From positions 1 to 36,625 of the forward strand of contig JAYZEG010000072.1 of the NCBI GenBank assembly GCA_036337435.1: a stretch of DNA of 36,625 nucleotides. Direction: 5' to 3'. Under the pieces are notes generated by a model that did not search any database, was not told the origin of the DNA, and saw nothing but the letters and a program-made list of their open reading frames with translations. The translations under genes were made by a program, and so were the position numbers. Numbering within the stretch: position 1 is the first letter of the stretch; every line of letters begins with the position of its first letter. This stretch comes from Myxococcota bacterium (GTDB lineage: Bacteria; Myxococcota_A; Bradymonadia; UBA7976; UBA1532). Of this stretch, positions 18,472 through 27,217 are shown one piece after another.

Positions 18472-19358
18472 AGAACCTTTTGGCTGTAAAAGACCTCTCG
18501 ATCGAGTTCGATACTAAAGCGGGCCGTAAGCGAGTCGTTGACTCGATTTCATTTCAGGTTGGCGAAGGTGAAGTTCTCGGTGTCTTAGGCGAATCCGGAA
18601 GTGGAAAGACCATAACCACATCGGCGGTATTGGGCTTGATCCAAGGCAACCCCGGCGTTGTTAACGGGCAGATTTTGCTGTCAACCGGCGATGAGACGTT
18701 AAACCTGTTAGCCGGGCTTGGCGATGTTATGACCGGAAATAAAGGTATCGAGGTAAAAAACGTTCGCCGATGGGACCGCTTGGTTTCTCGGCGGATGAAG
18801 TCGGTCTGGGGCAGTCAGATGACGGCGGTTTTTCAAAATCCGCGTGCGTCCCTTGATCCGCTGATCAAGGTCGGCACTCAGGTTGCAGAATCTGTTGCTC
18901 TTGCTCATCCAGATTGGACCGCAACTCGCGTTCGAGACAAAGCACTCGACTGGTTGCAGCGGGTTCAATTAAACGCACCTGAGAGGGTCTATGTATCATA
19001 TGCTCATGAATTATCTGGAGGTATGTGCCAGCGCGTGATGGTTGCCGTTGCGCTGGCAAGGGAACCTCGACTTCTTATCGCGGATGAACCGACAACCGGT
19101 TTGGATACGACAGTCAGAGCTGAAATCGTTAAGCTCTTTGCCTCGCTTATAGACGAAGAGAATCGCGCCATGATGTACATCTCGCATGATGTACGTGAAG
19201 TCCTTTATTTGGCCGACCGAGTTATCGTGATGAAAGACGGTGTGATTCTCGAAACATCCACTGCACATGATATTCGACATGGATACGGGCAGCGGGCTCC
19301 ATACACCCAATTTCTCCTTGAATCGGCAGGCATTTTTGAAGGGGATCCTAATGCCTGA
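18468..19358 (+). CDS. ABC transporter ATP-binding protein (OppD/DppD-like)
   Basis: Walker A GESGSGKT, Q-loop VFQNP, YAHELSGGMCQR, Walker B LLIADEPTT, ISHD. Confidence 0.94.
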   Translation: MKNLLAVKDLSIEFDTKAGRKRVVDSISFQVGEGEVLGVLGESGSGKTITTSAVLGLIQGNPGVVNGQILLSTGDETLNLLAGLGDVMTGNKGIEVKNVRRWDRLVSRRMKSVWGSQMTAVFQNPRASLDPLIKVGTQVAESVALAHPDWTATRVRDKALDWLQRVQLNAPERVYVSYAHELSGGMCQRVMVAVALAREPRLLIADEPTTGLDTTVRAEIVKLFASLIDEENRAMMYISHDVREVLYLADRVIVMKDGVILETSTAHDIRHGYGQRAPYTQFLLESAGIFEGDPNA

Positions 19359-20199
19359 TAAACGCATTTTGATGAGTGGGCGAGGCCTGCGTCGGACCTT
19401 CCGAAGTCGAGGCTTTGGCCGACCAGAAGCTGACGTTGTTGCTCTTGATGGCGTCGATATCGACATCTACCGAGGAGAAATCTTAGCTCTTATCGGAGAG
19501 TCGGGAAGTGGTAAGACGACGCTTGGCAAGGCACTCTTACGTTTGATGGAACTCGACAGCGGAACTGTGAATTTCGACGGCCAAGACCTACTCGCATTGA
19601 CGGCGAAGGAACTGCTTGTTGCGCGGCGCCATTTTCAAATGGTGTTTCAAAATCAGAGCGCAAATCTTCATCCCAGCATGACCGTCATGCAGATGATGTT
19701 GGAATCGATAAAATTGCACCGCCCAGACCTCGCACCGGCCAAAGTCGAGCCACTGGCAATTCAGTTGCTCGAACGGGTAAGTCTCGTCGGGAAAGCGAAC
19801 CAGAACACACTCAGTTTATCTGGCGGAGAAAAAAGGCGAGTTGGCTTGGCTCGAATACTAGCAACCCAACCCAAATTGATCGTAGCAGACGAACCCACGA
19901 GTGGATTAGATGCTGCTATTAAACTTGGGACGATTGAGCTTTTGAAAAAACTTAAATCTGAAGAGATGGCGTACCTCGTCATTAGCCATGACCTAGGCTT
20001 AGTTCAGCGGATTGCTGATCGTGTATTGGTTATGCTGAACGGCCAGATCATTGAGGAGCTGTCAACCGCTGTTCTCTCAGCTGGCGGAGCGACCCATCCA
20101 TACACTCAGCAATTGTTGGCTGCGAGTAATCTTGACCGGATGGCACCAAGGCGGTCGCGGGTAAGCTCAGAAACTGGTGCTTCTGAGGTCCACCAATGA
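19351..20199 (+). CDS. ABC transporter ATP-binding protein (OppF/DppF-like)
   Basis: GESGSGKT, VFQN, LSGGEKRR, LIVADEPTS, ISHD, HPYTQQLL; ATG 19351 with GAAGGGGA SD. Confidence 0.94.
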   Translation: MPDKRILMSGRGLRRTFRSRGFGRPEADVVALDGVDIDIYRGEILALIGESGSGKTTLGKALLRLMELDSGTVNFDGQDLLALTAKELLVARRHFQMVFQNQSANLHPSMTVMQMMLESIKLHRPDLAPAKVEPLAIQLLERVSLVGKANQNTLSLSGGEKRRVGLARILATQPKLIVADEPTSGLDAAIKLGTIELLKKLKSEEMAYLVISHDLGLVQRIADRVLVMLNGQIIEELSTAVLSAGGATHPYTQQLLAASNLDRMAPRRSRVSSETGASEVHQ

Positions 20200-20942
20200 A
20201 GCCAGCACCTCTGTTTTTGCTCGTCGGCTTGGTCTTATCAAACACGACTTTTGGAAATGCGAAGATTGCTTTGGGCGAATTCGAAACCGTCCGGGACCAG
20301 GGGATTTTATATCTCAAGCGAGGCCTGCCGAAATTAGCATTTGTAGAGCTGAATAAAGTTTACTCGACCCCCGCCGGCGAACGAGATTTCATGACGCTCC
20401 TCAATCGAGGTCGAGCTGCGCTTTTGTTGCTCAAACTCGATGTAGCCGCTGCGATGATTGAAGCATCATTCAAAGTCGCGAAGACTATCCGGGAAAAAAG
20501 GCAGCTTCAGCAATTGAACGATGATTTTAGAAATGATTTTGGCTCGGTGCGAGTTTCCAGACTTGAGTCGGAGACCCGAGAGTCAGGCATGCTGGTGCTC
20601 GAGATGTCGTCAAGTTTGATCAATAAGCGAAAGCGGGAGAGGTACCTGTCAGTCAAAACTCGGCTCAATTCGGCTCCGGTTACTCTTCCGGCTCGAATAT
20701 TTTTACCTCATGGCACGTATCGTATTAACGGCGCCGACTTTAAAATTGCGGATGTTGAGGACGAACCTGAAATAAGCGTTTTTCTTGAAGAGGCAAGCGA
20801 ACCTACTCACGCCATGAATTCAACTTGGTGGTGGGTTGGTTCGGGGATTGCAGCAGCGGCCGTTGTTGGAATCACCGCGATCATGTTATTGGATGAACCT
20901 GAGCCGCAGTATCGTGAATACTTTAGGCTCGAACTTGAATAG
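20196..20942 (+). CDS. Exported TPR-like protein with a beta domain and C-terminal membrane anchor
   Basis: N-terminal signal-like segment, helical QGILYLKRG..AFVEL..LLNRGRAAL, LPHGTYRING, C-terminal TWWWVGSGIAAAAVVGITAIMLL. Confidence 0.75.
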   Translation: MKPAPLFLLVGLVLSNTTFGNAKIALGEFETVRDQGILYLKRGLPKLAFVELNKVYSTPAGERDFMTLLNRGRAALLLLKLDVAAAMIEASFKVAKTIREKRQLQQLNDDFRNDFGSVRVSRLESETRESGMLVLEMSSSLINKRKRERYLSVKTRLNSAPVTLPARIFLPHGTYRINGADFKIADVEDEPEISVFLEEASEPTHAMNSTWWWVGSGIAAAAVVGITAIMLLDEPEPQYREYFRLELE

Positions 20943-20956
20943 AGATTGGGATTGTC

Positions 20957-22090
20957 ATGAAGCGACTCCTATTAGTGTTAAGTCTCGTATTGGTCTTGCC
21001 CCCAGCCAATGCATCTGCAGAAATCGGTGTATCCCTCAGGGTTGCGTCGCGACCCGCTGCACATTGTCAAGCACCGAGATGGTCCCCTGATGGTAAAAAA
21101 CTCGCCATCGATATTTTCACGCCCAAGAAGGATGCCCGCGAGACTTGGATTATCGAGCTTGATTCATTTGGACGGTCGGTTGGTGAAGTTGAAGTGACCA
21201 GTTCTCGCGGCCGGGCGAGTGCGCTGTTGGGCGGAAAGAAAGCACCGGTTGTTGAACTGACTTGGGCACCGTCGATGAAGCTTTTGAATCGACCGTACGT
21301 GTTCAGCAGTCGCAGTCCCAGAAAGAATTTTGACCTTTTCGCTGATGGTACATGGCTGACAAAGAATTTAGGGAATGATGGCCAACCCCATTGGTCGAGC
21401 GACGGTCGATTTATTGCCTACGCGTCACAGCAGTCCGAGTCGGGGGACATCTACCTCCTGGACTTACAGAGTGACGTCTATGAGCCAAAGCAGGTGACCC
21501 TTTGGCCAAATGCAACGGAATTTCGCCCTCGTTGGTCTCCCCAGAAGAATTACATTGTCTTTACTCGCAGCCAGGAGGGACAAAAAGGGCAAGACATCGG
21601 TGTGGTCGCCGATCCCCTAAGGCCCCAAGACTCTACGCGAATGGTGACGAATTGGGTTGGTGACGAAATACGTCCGTCGTGGTCTCCGGATGGGACTCGG
21701 ATTGCATTTTACTCGAACAAGAATCATCCAGAGAATCGCAAACTATTCGACCTCTGGGTCGTCGGTATCAATGGCCGAGGCGCAGTCAAATTGGCGACCG
21801 ATGTCGTTGTGGATGATTATCACGGCCCAGCGTGGACACCAGACGGAACCGTTGTGCTTTTTGTGAAACGAGATTTTGAAAAGAATAACCCCGTCCATTG
21901 GTCCCGTGCTGATGGATCCCAATCGGGTGTATTGAATACGCGTACCCAAATGAATTCGGATTTGGCGGTGACCGCCGATGGTGGAAAAATTAAATTAGCC
22001 TTCCGTGCTCTCGGATTGACGGGTTCGACGGATAAGACTTGGCAGCGAATTTATGTGACTGCATTTACCATGGTCGATCTCGTAAAATAG
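20957..22090 (+). CDS. Secreted PD40-repeat (TolB-like) beta-propeller protein
   Basis: Signal peptide ending ANASA; blades PRWSPDG, PHWSSDG, PRWSPQ, PSWSPDG, PAWTPDG. No TolB N-terminal domain and no tolQRA/pal neighbours, so not named tolB. Confidence 0.87.
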   Translation: MKRLLLVLSLVLVLPPANASAEIGVSLRVASRPAAHCQAPRWSPDGKKLAIDIFTPKKDARETWIIELDSFGRSVGEVEVTSSRGRASALLGGKKAPVVELTWAPSMKLLNRPYVFSSRSPRKNFDLFADGTWLTKNLGNDGQPHWSSDGRFIAYASQQSESGDIYLLDLQSDVYEPKQVTLWPNATEFRPRWSPQKNYIVFTRSQEGQKGQDIGVVADPLRPQDSTRMVTNWVGDEIRPSWSPDGTRIAFYSNKNHPENRKLFDLWVVGINGRGAVKLATDVVVDDYHGPAWTPDGTVVLFVKRDFEKNNPVHWSRADGSQSGVLNTRTQMNSDLAVTADGGKIKLAFRALGLTGSTDKTWQRIYVTAFTMVDLVK

Positions 22091-22100
22091 GAAAACCGAG

Positions 22101-23270
22101 GTGTCAGTGAAGCTTGTGCCCGCTTTTTGGGGTTATTTGACGGTGAGCGTATGGCTAATGCTCAGTGCTTCTCCAGTGGTGGCTGAACCGGCGGTCAATG
22201 AAGCTGCTGTCCTTATTTTTGCGAGAAATGGCACTGACGAAAACCTAGCCGTTCGCATTGAGCGCGACCTACGTCAGATGTATTCTTACGCGCACCAAAT
22301 AGATAAGCGGATACCACTTTCCGTGTCGATTGAGCCTCGGTTTGACGTCGGGCATATTACGAAACGACAGCTTTCACTCAGTCGCAGCCAGTTCAATGCT
22401 GCTCAACGAGCACTTTTGGCCAAAGATGTCGACGAAGTAAAGGACTACCTGTTCAAGGCTCGGCGTTTCTACGTTCGCGCCATTCCATATTCGTCTGATT
22501 CAGATCTTCTGCGGGGCATTTTCTATTACGAATATAAAGCGGCAAAACTTGCCGGAAACCAGAAGCAAGAAGTAGAGCGGTATTGTGCCTATGTTGCGAT
22601 CGTACGTGCTCTCGCTGGAAGCGTTGGGCCCATTGACCAATTCGAGCCGCTTTCTGAAAAATGCGGCAAAACAAAGCATGTGGGCACCTGTGAGTTTACG
22701 TTGAAAGCCAATGTCGACGGAGCCCATGTTTTTGTTGATAATCAGCCAGTTGGGGTCGTCGGCAAGACGATTCCTTACGTAAACCCCTTCATTTCGGCCG
22801 GTCCACATTTTATCGAGGTACGCAAAGCCGGATATGTGCGTTGGGGTACTCTCGTCGAGTTGAAGTCGGGGGGGCGCAAGCGTTTGAGAGCCAAACTAAA
22901 GCCCGCAAAAAAACGGATAAATGCCGCTGAATATGATCCGCTGAAGGCTGTGGTATTGTCTGGAACCGATGCCCATAGTGACGAATATTTGACGGATTTA
23001 CTTTTTCGAATGACTGAGCTGTATGGAGTCTCTCAACTACAACTCGGGTATATTGAACCGAAAGGCAATGGGAAGTTGGACCTGACTTTGCTGTCTTTCG
23101 ACGGTGCTACTCTCGAAAGAGAATCATACACGGTTCCAAATAGTATCGATGGGTACCGACCTGCACTCACACGGTATTGGCAAAAACGTTTTGGCAAAAA
23201 CCTTTCTCCAGTCGATGCATTGCCTGATGCAGCGAAATCGGCACCGACCATTTTCAAGATCACGGACTGA
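22101..23270 (+). CDS. Secreted PEGA-domain protein with a helical insert
   Basis: Signal peptide; ANVDGAHVFVDNQPVG...AGPHFIEVRKAGY PEGA pattern. Confidence 0.82.
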   Translation: MSVKLVPAFWGYLTVSVWLMLSASPVVAEPAVNEAAVLIFARNGTDENLAVRIERDLRQMYSYAHQIDKRIPLSVSIEPRFDVGHITKRQLSLSRSQFNAAQRALLAKDVDEVKDYLFKARRFYVRAIPYSSDSDLLRGIFYYEYKAAKLAGNQKQEVERYCAYVAIVRALAGSVGPIDQFEPLSEKCGKTKHVGTCEFTLKANVDGAHVFVDNQPVGVVGKTIPYVNPFISAGPHFIEVRKAGYVRWGTLVELKSGGRKRLRAKLKPAKKRINAAEYDPLKAVVLSGTDAHSDEYLTDLLFRMTELYGVSQLQLGYIEPKGNGKLDLTLLSFDGATLERESYTVPNSIDGYRPALTRYWQKRFGKNLSPVDALPDAAKSAPTIFKITD

Positions 23271-23291
23271 ACAGGATTTCTGGGCCCACTA

Positions 23292-26200
23292 ATGGACGTC
23301 TTCTTGCGCCATGCTGATGCTGGTTTAATCCGCCTCGGGTTGCATGTCTTCTGTATGAGCACAATTCTATTTTCCGTTGGCTGCGCTGGTCAGGAAACTG
23401 AGGTGCGAGTCCAGGAAAAACCGATTAAAATTAAGTATTCAGCATGTCTGTCGACACCCGAGGGAGAGGACGTCCGAGGCTGTCGATCAACACTCCATGA
23501 GTTGACCCACGGACAGGAGTTGAATGCATGTCTAACCCTTGAAGTCGATGGCGGTCCCGAAAGCAGGCATCAGATATTGAAGTGGGATGGCGAAAACGCT
23601 GTCCCAATTTCGGACCGAGTCGACGTCCAAGAAGGGCAATCGCTGCGAGGCATGATTACTTTTTTTCCAAAAGATGTTGACGCGACTTCTCTCTGTAAGG
23701 CGTCGTCGGCAACGATTTTTACCGAACGATGTGATGACCCATGTCTTTTTACTTTGCGCAGTCAGACTATCGTGTTGGGCGAAGACTATGAACTCGACTT
23801 TGTCGCTGACGATGGTGCTTGTCGGGTTGAATGGGCTTCAGAAAACGGACCCGCGGAAATATGTAATGGGGTTGACGACGATTGCGATGGCGAAGCGGAT
23901 GAGCAAATCGCCGACGTTCCCACGTGTCGTGTAGGAACAGGTGACTGTCAGGTTGAAGGGACTGAGGTTTGTGTCGGCGGCCAGTGGGCGATGTGCGACG
24001 CGGTTGCTGCTGAACCTGGACGAGAAGTCGCCGGCGGCGGGGATGAAGACTGTGATGGGTCCGTCGATGAGGTATCAATGGAATTTGGGTGCGGTCTTGC
24101 GGGTACAATAGAGCCTTGTGCGAGTACTAGGCCTGCATGTTTGGCTGGTCTTCGAGAGTGTCTTCCTAACGGTGACTGGGGGCCTTGCCTAGATGAGTCA
24201 GGGATAGCGATTTCAGAGGCTGAGATTTGTGATGGCATCGACAATGATTGTGATGGTCGTTCTGACGAAGATTATGGAGGAGATCAAAACCGACAAATTG
24301 GCCTCGAGTGCGTCGTCATAGATGCTTTATGTCGACAGCCGGGCGTTTACACATGTGGTCGCGATGGCTTGTTTTGTCAGGAACGTGAGACCTTGATACG
24401 AGATGAAGTGTGTAACGGCTGTGACGATGATGGAGATGGATTGGTCGATGAATCAGGTGCGGGTGGGCTTTTGGAGAGGAGCTGTTATGCGGCGGCGCAA
24501 GAAACACTGGGGGTCGGTGAGTGTCGTTCCGGAGTCCAGACCTGCTTCGAGGGGAGTTACGGCCCATGTCGAGGTTCCGTAACCCCGCGCCCAGAACAAT
24601 GTAATGAAGTCGATAACGATTGCGATGGTCTGACCGATGAAGGCTTGCGAAATGAGTGCGGTGCTTGTGGTGAGGATCCGGACGAAGAATGTGATGAAAT
24701 TGACAATGACTGCGACGGATTGGTCGATGAAGGATTTGAACTTCGGAACAATCGATTTCAATGTGGACGATGTGATTTAGACTGTACGGCAAATGCTAGA
24801 AATGCTGAGGTCCAATGCGTAAATGGGTCATGTGTTATTGCTCAATGTTTAAACAGGGCGACCGATGATGATGGGGATCCTCTCAACGGCTGCGAATGTG
24901 TGCCCGGGGCTGCAGACCGTCCAGATCCTCGGCGCGTTGATTCGAATTGTGATGGTATCGACGGGCAATTAAGCCGCGCTGTTTTGGCAAGAGTGTCGGG
25001 AAATGATGCTGGTCGTGGAGATGCTAACTCTCCGGTCTCTTCTTTACGGCGCGCCATTGAATTGGCCATTGAACTCAACCTGGACCAAATCTATTTGGAG
25101 ACTGGCAATTATACAATTCCAGCGGAGCTGACTGTTGATGATGCCACGCGCCCATTCACTTGGCCGGACGGTGTAAGCATTTACGGTGGTTTTGAAGCTG
25201 TGGCGGGCGCGAACGGGGCTTTATCGTGGTCTCGACCTGCCCAGCCAAGAGCCCCAACCATTGTTTATGTTCGCCAAGACGGCCTGAAAATTGCCGATTT
25301 AACAAGGCGGTCCGAATTTGAAGCAATTAGCATCCGTACGGTGGCAGCCGCAAATGCAGAACCTTCTTCGAGTATAGGCATTATTGCGCGGAATGTGGGT
25401 AATCATCTTTTTCTTCGAGACGTTGAAATTCGAACGAACGACGCCAGTGCCGGTGCCGATGGAGCTGATGCCGCTGACCATGACTCACCCGCTGGTGAAC
25501 AAGGTGAAGTTGGTGAACCCGCACGCGGTGGGGCGGGCGGTCGAGCACGCGAGTGTGGTGCTTTTTTAACTTCACCGGGATCTGGTGGTGCGGGAGGAGA
25601 CCCAGGCAATCAAGGTGCTCTCGGCACTTCGGTTGACCCGGGTGTGCTTGCAGCCCTTGGCGGAGCCTCTGGGGCCAATGCCCTTTCCGGCGGGGCTGAT
25701 GGCGGGGATGGTCAGCCTGGTGCGCATGGAGCGAACGGACTTCCATCTCAGCCTGACGGAGAAGTAGATGCGTCTGGGCTTTGGCAGCCCCATGTTGGTG
25801 CTGCACCTAGGCCGGGCAAAGGAGGGAATGGTGGCGGCGGTGGTGGTGGTCATGGGATCGCGATGAATGGATTGGGTACAGGCGGTGGCGGCGGTGGAGG
25901 AGCTGGAGGCTGTGGTGGTCGCGAGGGACAGCAAGGTCAATCTGGTTATGGTTCCATCGGCCTGATTATCATTGGGGGTCGCGTAAATAGCCTGAATTTA
26001 CGGATTGTTACAGGGTCGGGCGGTGCCGGCGGTGATGGTGGCCGTGGTAGTATAGGTCAAAGTGGTGGACAGGGCGGACGCGGTGCGATGGGCGATAACA
26101 TGCTCTGCGGAGGCGACTGTCAGGACGGCGGTGACGGCGGTCGGGGTGGCCCAGGCGGCTGCGGTGGTCATGGGAGCGGTGGTTCCGGGGGGATCTCAGT

Positions 26201-26471
26201 AGGCGTATTGAGAGTTGCGCCGAGAATAGGCGAATTGGATGCGTCTTCATTGATTCAGTTGCCGGTCATTGAGGGTGAATTTCCGAGGGGGCCTAATCAA
26301 TATGATATCGGAGTGGCCGGTCTACCGGGTCGCGGAGTACAAGGTGACGTTTGTGGCGAAGCGTCACCGGATGGGACTGCAGGACTGAGACTAGAAATTG
26401 GGTGTTGTCATGCAGGCCCGGGTGGGGGACCATGCGGAACTGTGAGAAGAAGGGGCCTGTCGTGCGATTGA
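23292..26471 (+). CDS. Large lipoprotein with Cys/Asp-rich MopE-related (putative metal-binding) repeats and a Gly-rich C-terminal region
   Basis: Lipobox FSVG-C; repeats EICNGVDDDCDG, DEDCDG, EICDGIDNDCDG, EVCNGCDDDGDG, EQCNEVDNDCDG, EECDEIDNDCDG, DSNCDG; GNDAGRGDANSPVSSLRRAI segment; PGRS-like GGxGG region. Confidence 0.85.
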   Translation: MDVFLRHADAGLIRLGLHVFCMSTILFSVGCAGQETEVRVQEKPIKIKYSACLSTPEGEDVRGCRSTLHELTHGQELNACLTLEVDGGPESRHQILKWDGENAVPISDRVDVQEGQSLRGMITFFPKDVDATSLCKASSATIFTERCDDPCLFTLRSQTIVLGEDYELDFVADDGACRVEWASENGPAEICNGVDDDCDGEADEQIADVPTCRVGTGDCQVEGTEVCVGGQWAMCDAVAAEPGREVAGGGDEDCDGSVDEVSMEFGCGLAGTIEPCASTRPACLAGLRECLPNGDWGPCLDESGIAISEAEICDGIDNDCDGRSDEDYGGDQNRQIGLECVVIDALCRQPGVYTCGRDGLFCQERETLIRDEVCNGCDDDGDGLVDESGAGGLLERSCYAAAQETLGVGECRSGVQTCFEGSYGPCRGSVTPRPEQCNEVDNDCDGLTDEGLRNECGACGEDPDEECDEIDNDCDGLVDEGFELRNNRFQCGRCDLDCTANARNAEVQCVNGSCVIAQCLNRATDDDGDPLNGCECVPGAADRPDPRRVDSNCDGIDGQLSRAVLARVSGNDAGRGDANSPVSSLRRAIELAIELNLDQIYLETGNYTIPAELTVDDATRPFTWPDGVSIYGGFEAVAGANGALSWSRPAQPRAPTIVYVRQDGLKIADLTRRSEFEAISIRTVAAANAEPSSSIGIIARNVGNHLFLRDVEIRTNDASAGADGADAADHDSPAGEQGEVGEPARGGAGGRARECGAFLTSPGSGGAGGDPGNQGALGTSVDPGVLAALGGASGANALSGGADGGDGQPGAHGANGLPSQPDGEVDASGLWQPHVGAAPRPGKGGNGGGGGGGHGIAMNGLGTGGGGGGGAGGCGGREGQQGQSGYGSIGLIIIGGRVNSLNLRIVTGSGGAGGDGGRGSIGQSGGQGGRGAMGDNMLCGGDCQDGGDGGRGGPGGCGGHGSGGSGGISVGVLRVAPRIGELDASSLIQLPVIEGEFPRGPNQYDIGVAGLPGRGVQGDVCGEASPDGTAGLRLEIGCCHAGPGGGPCGTVRRRGLSCD
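23856..24965 (+). repeat. Six to seven Cx(G/E)xD(N/D)DCDG protein repeats
   Basis: Visible in translation; DNA echoes such as GACAATGATTGTGATGG, GATAACGATTGCGATGG and GACAATGACTGCGACGG. Confidence 0.85.
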
Positions 26472-27205
26472 ACCTACGAACATTGTCGGTGATTATGCTC
26501 GCTTTTCTGGTCGTCCAATCGAGTGAATTAAATCCTTGCTACGCCAAAAACGTTCGACCCGCCTTATCGCAGGCCGATATCGACAGGGCAGATGCAGCGT
26601 TCATCAGTGGATTGAAGGCCTATCAGAATGGCTCTTTCTCCGTCGCTGTTGAACAATTTCAGAATGCATTTGCTGTCACGCAAAGCCGGGTGTTGCTGTA
26701 TAATATTGCCCGTTGTTATGAAAAACTTGGTAATCGCAATGCGGCATCCGAGTGGTATCGAGCGTATTTGAAGACAGAGCCCGTCGACACAACGACCGTT
26801 GAAGCCCGCTTGAATACGTTGGTGCCCAAATCGTCGCCTAATCCGGCCAGCGAGCAGAGCTTCATTAGAAAACCTGAACAGCTAGAGTCCATTGGGTACC
26901 GGTGGACCAAGTGGGGGCTAATGGGTTTATCGGGGGCCAGTCTTATCAGTGCCGTTGGTTTCGGTACTCAGGCATTGGCCGCGGCCAAGAAATCTAGAAA
27001 TGCATCCGATGGGGTTGCGGCGAGTCAATGGCGCAAACAAGCTGAATATTTGGGGCGAATGTCAGATTACTGCACAGTCTTTGGCTTGATATCAGGCGGG
27101 CTCTCAACCTATCTCATTGTGAGAGACGGACTCCAGGCGAGCAAGGGTGTTCTCGTTGCACCTCAGGCCGGTGGTGGAAGCATTCTCTATCTCGGTGAGT
27201 TCTGA
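26462..27205 (+). CDS. Exported TPR protein with a hydrophobic Gly-rich C-terminus ending in Phe
   Basis: GLKAYQNGSFSVAVEQFQNAF..LLYNIARCYEKLGNRNAASEWYRAYL is a clear TPR pair. Start placed at GTG 26462 (TTG 26468 also possible), overlapping the previous stop, rather than at 26351. Confidence 0.82.
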   Translation: MRLNLRTLSVIMLAFLVVQSSELNPCYAKNVRPALSQADIDRADAAFISGLKAYQNGSFSVAVEQFQNAFAVTQSRVLLYNIARCYEKLGNRNAASEWYRAYLKTEPVDTTTVEARLNTLVPKSSPNPASEQSFIRKPEQLESIGYRWTKWGLMGLSGASLISAVGFGTQALAAAKKSRNASDGVAASQWRKQAEYLGRMSDYCTVFGLISGGLSTYLIVRDGLQASKGVLVAPQAGGGSILYLGEF

Positions 27206-27217
27206 GGCCGGCCGGGT

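Noticed and set aside
10840..23270. Cluster as known Agl-Glt gliding, Tad/Kil, Tol-Pal or Lol machinery
   Set aside because: No TolQ/R-type motor, OmpA-like, secretin, pilin, FHA or LolC/E-type genes were recognised; the ABC core is an importer-type family-5 system.
23856..26200. Repetitive DNA as a possible CRISPR array or mobile repeat
   Set aside because: The repeats are degenerate at third codon positions, in frame and irregularly spaced, so they are protein repeats; no cas genes are present.
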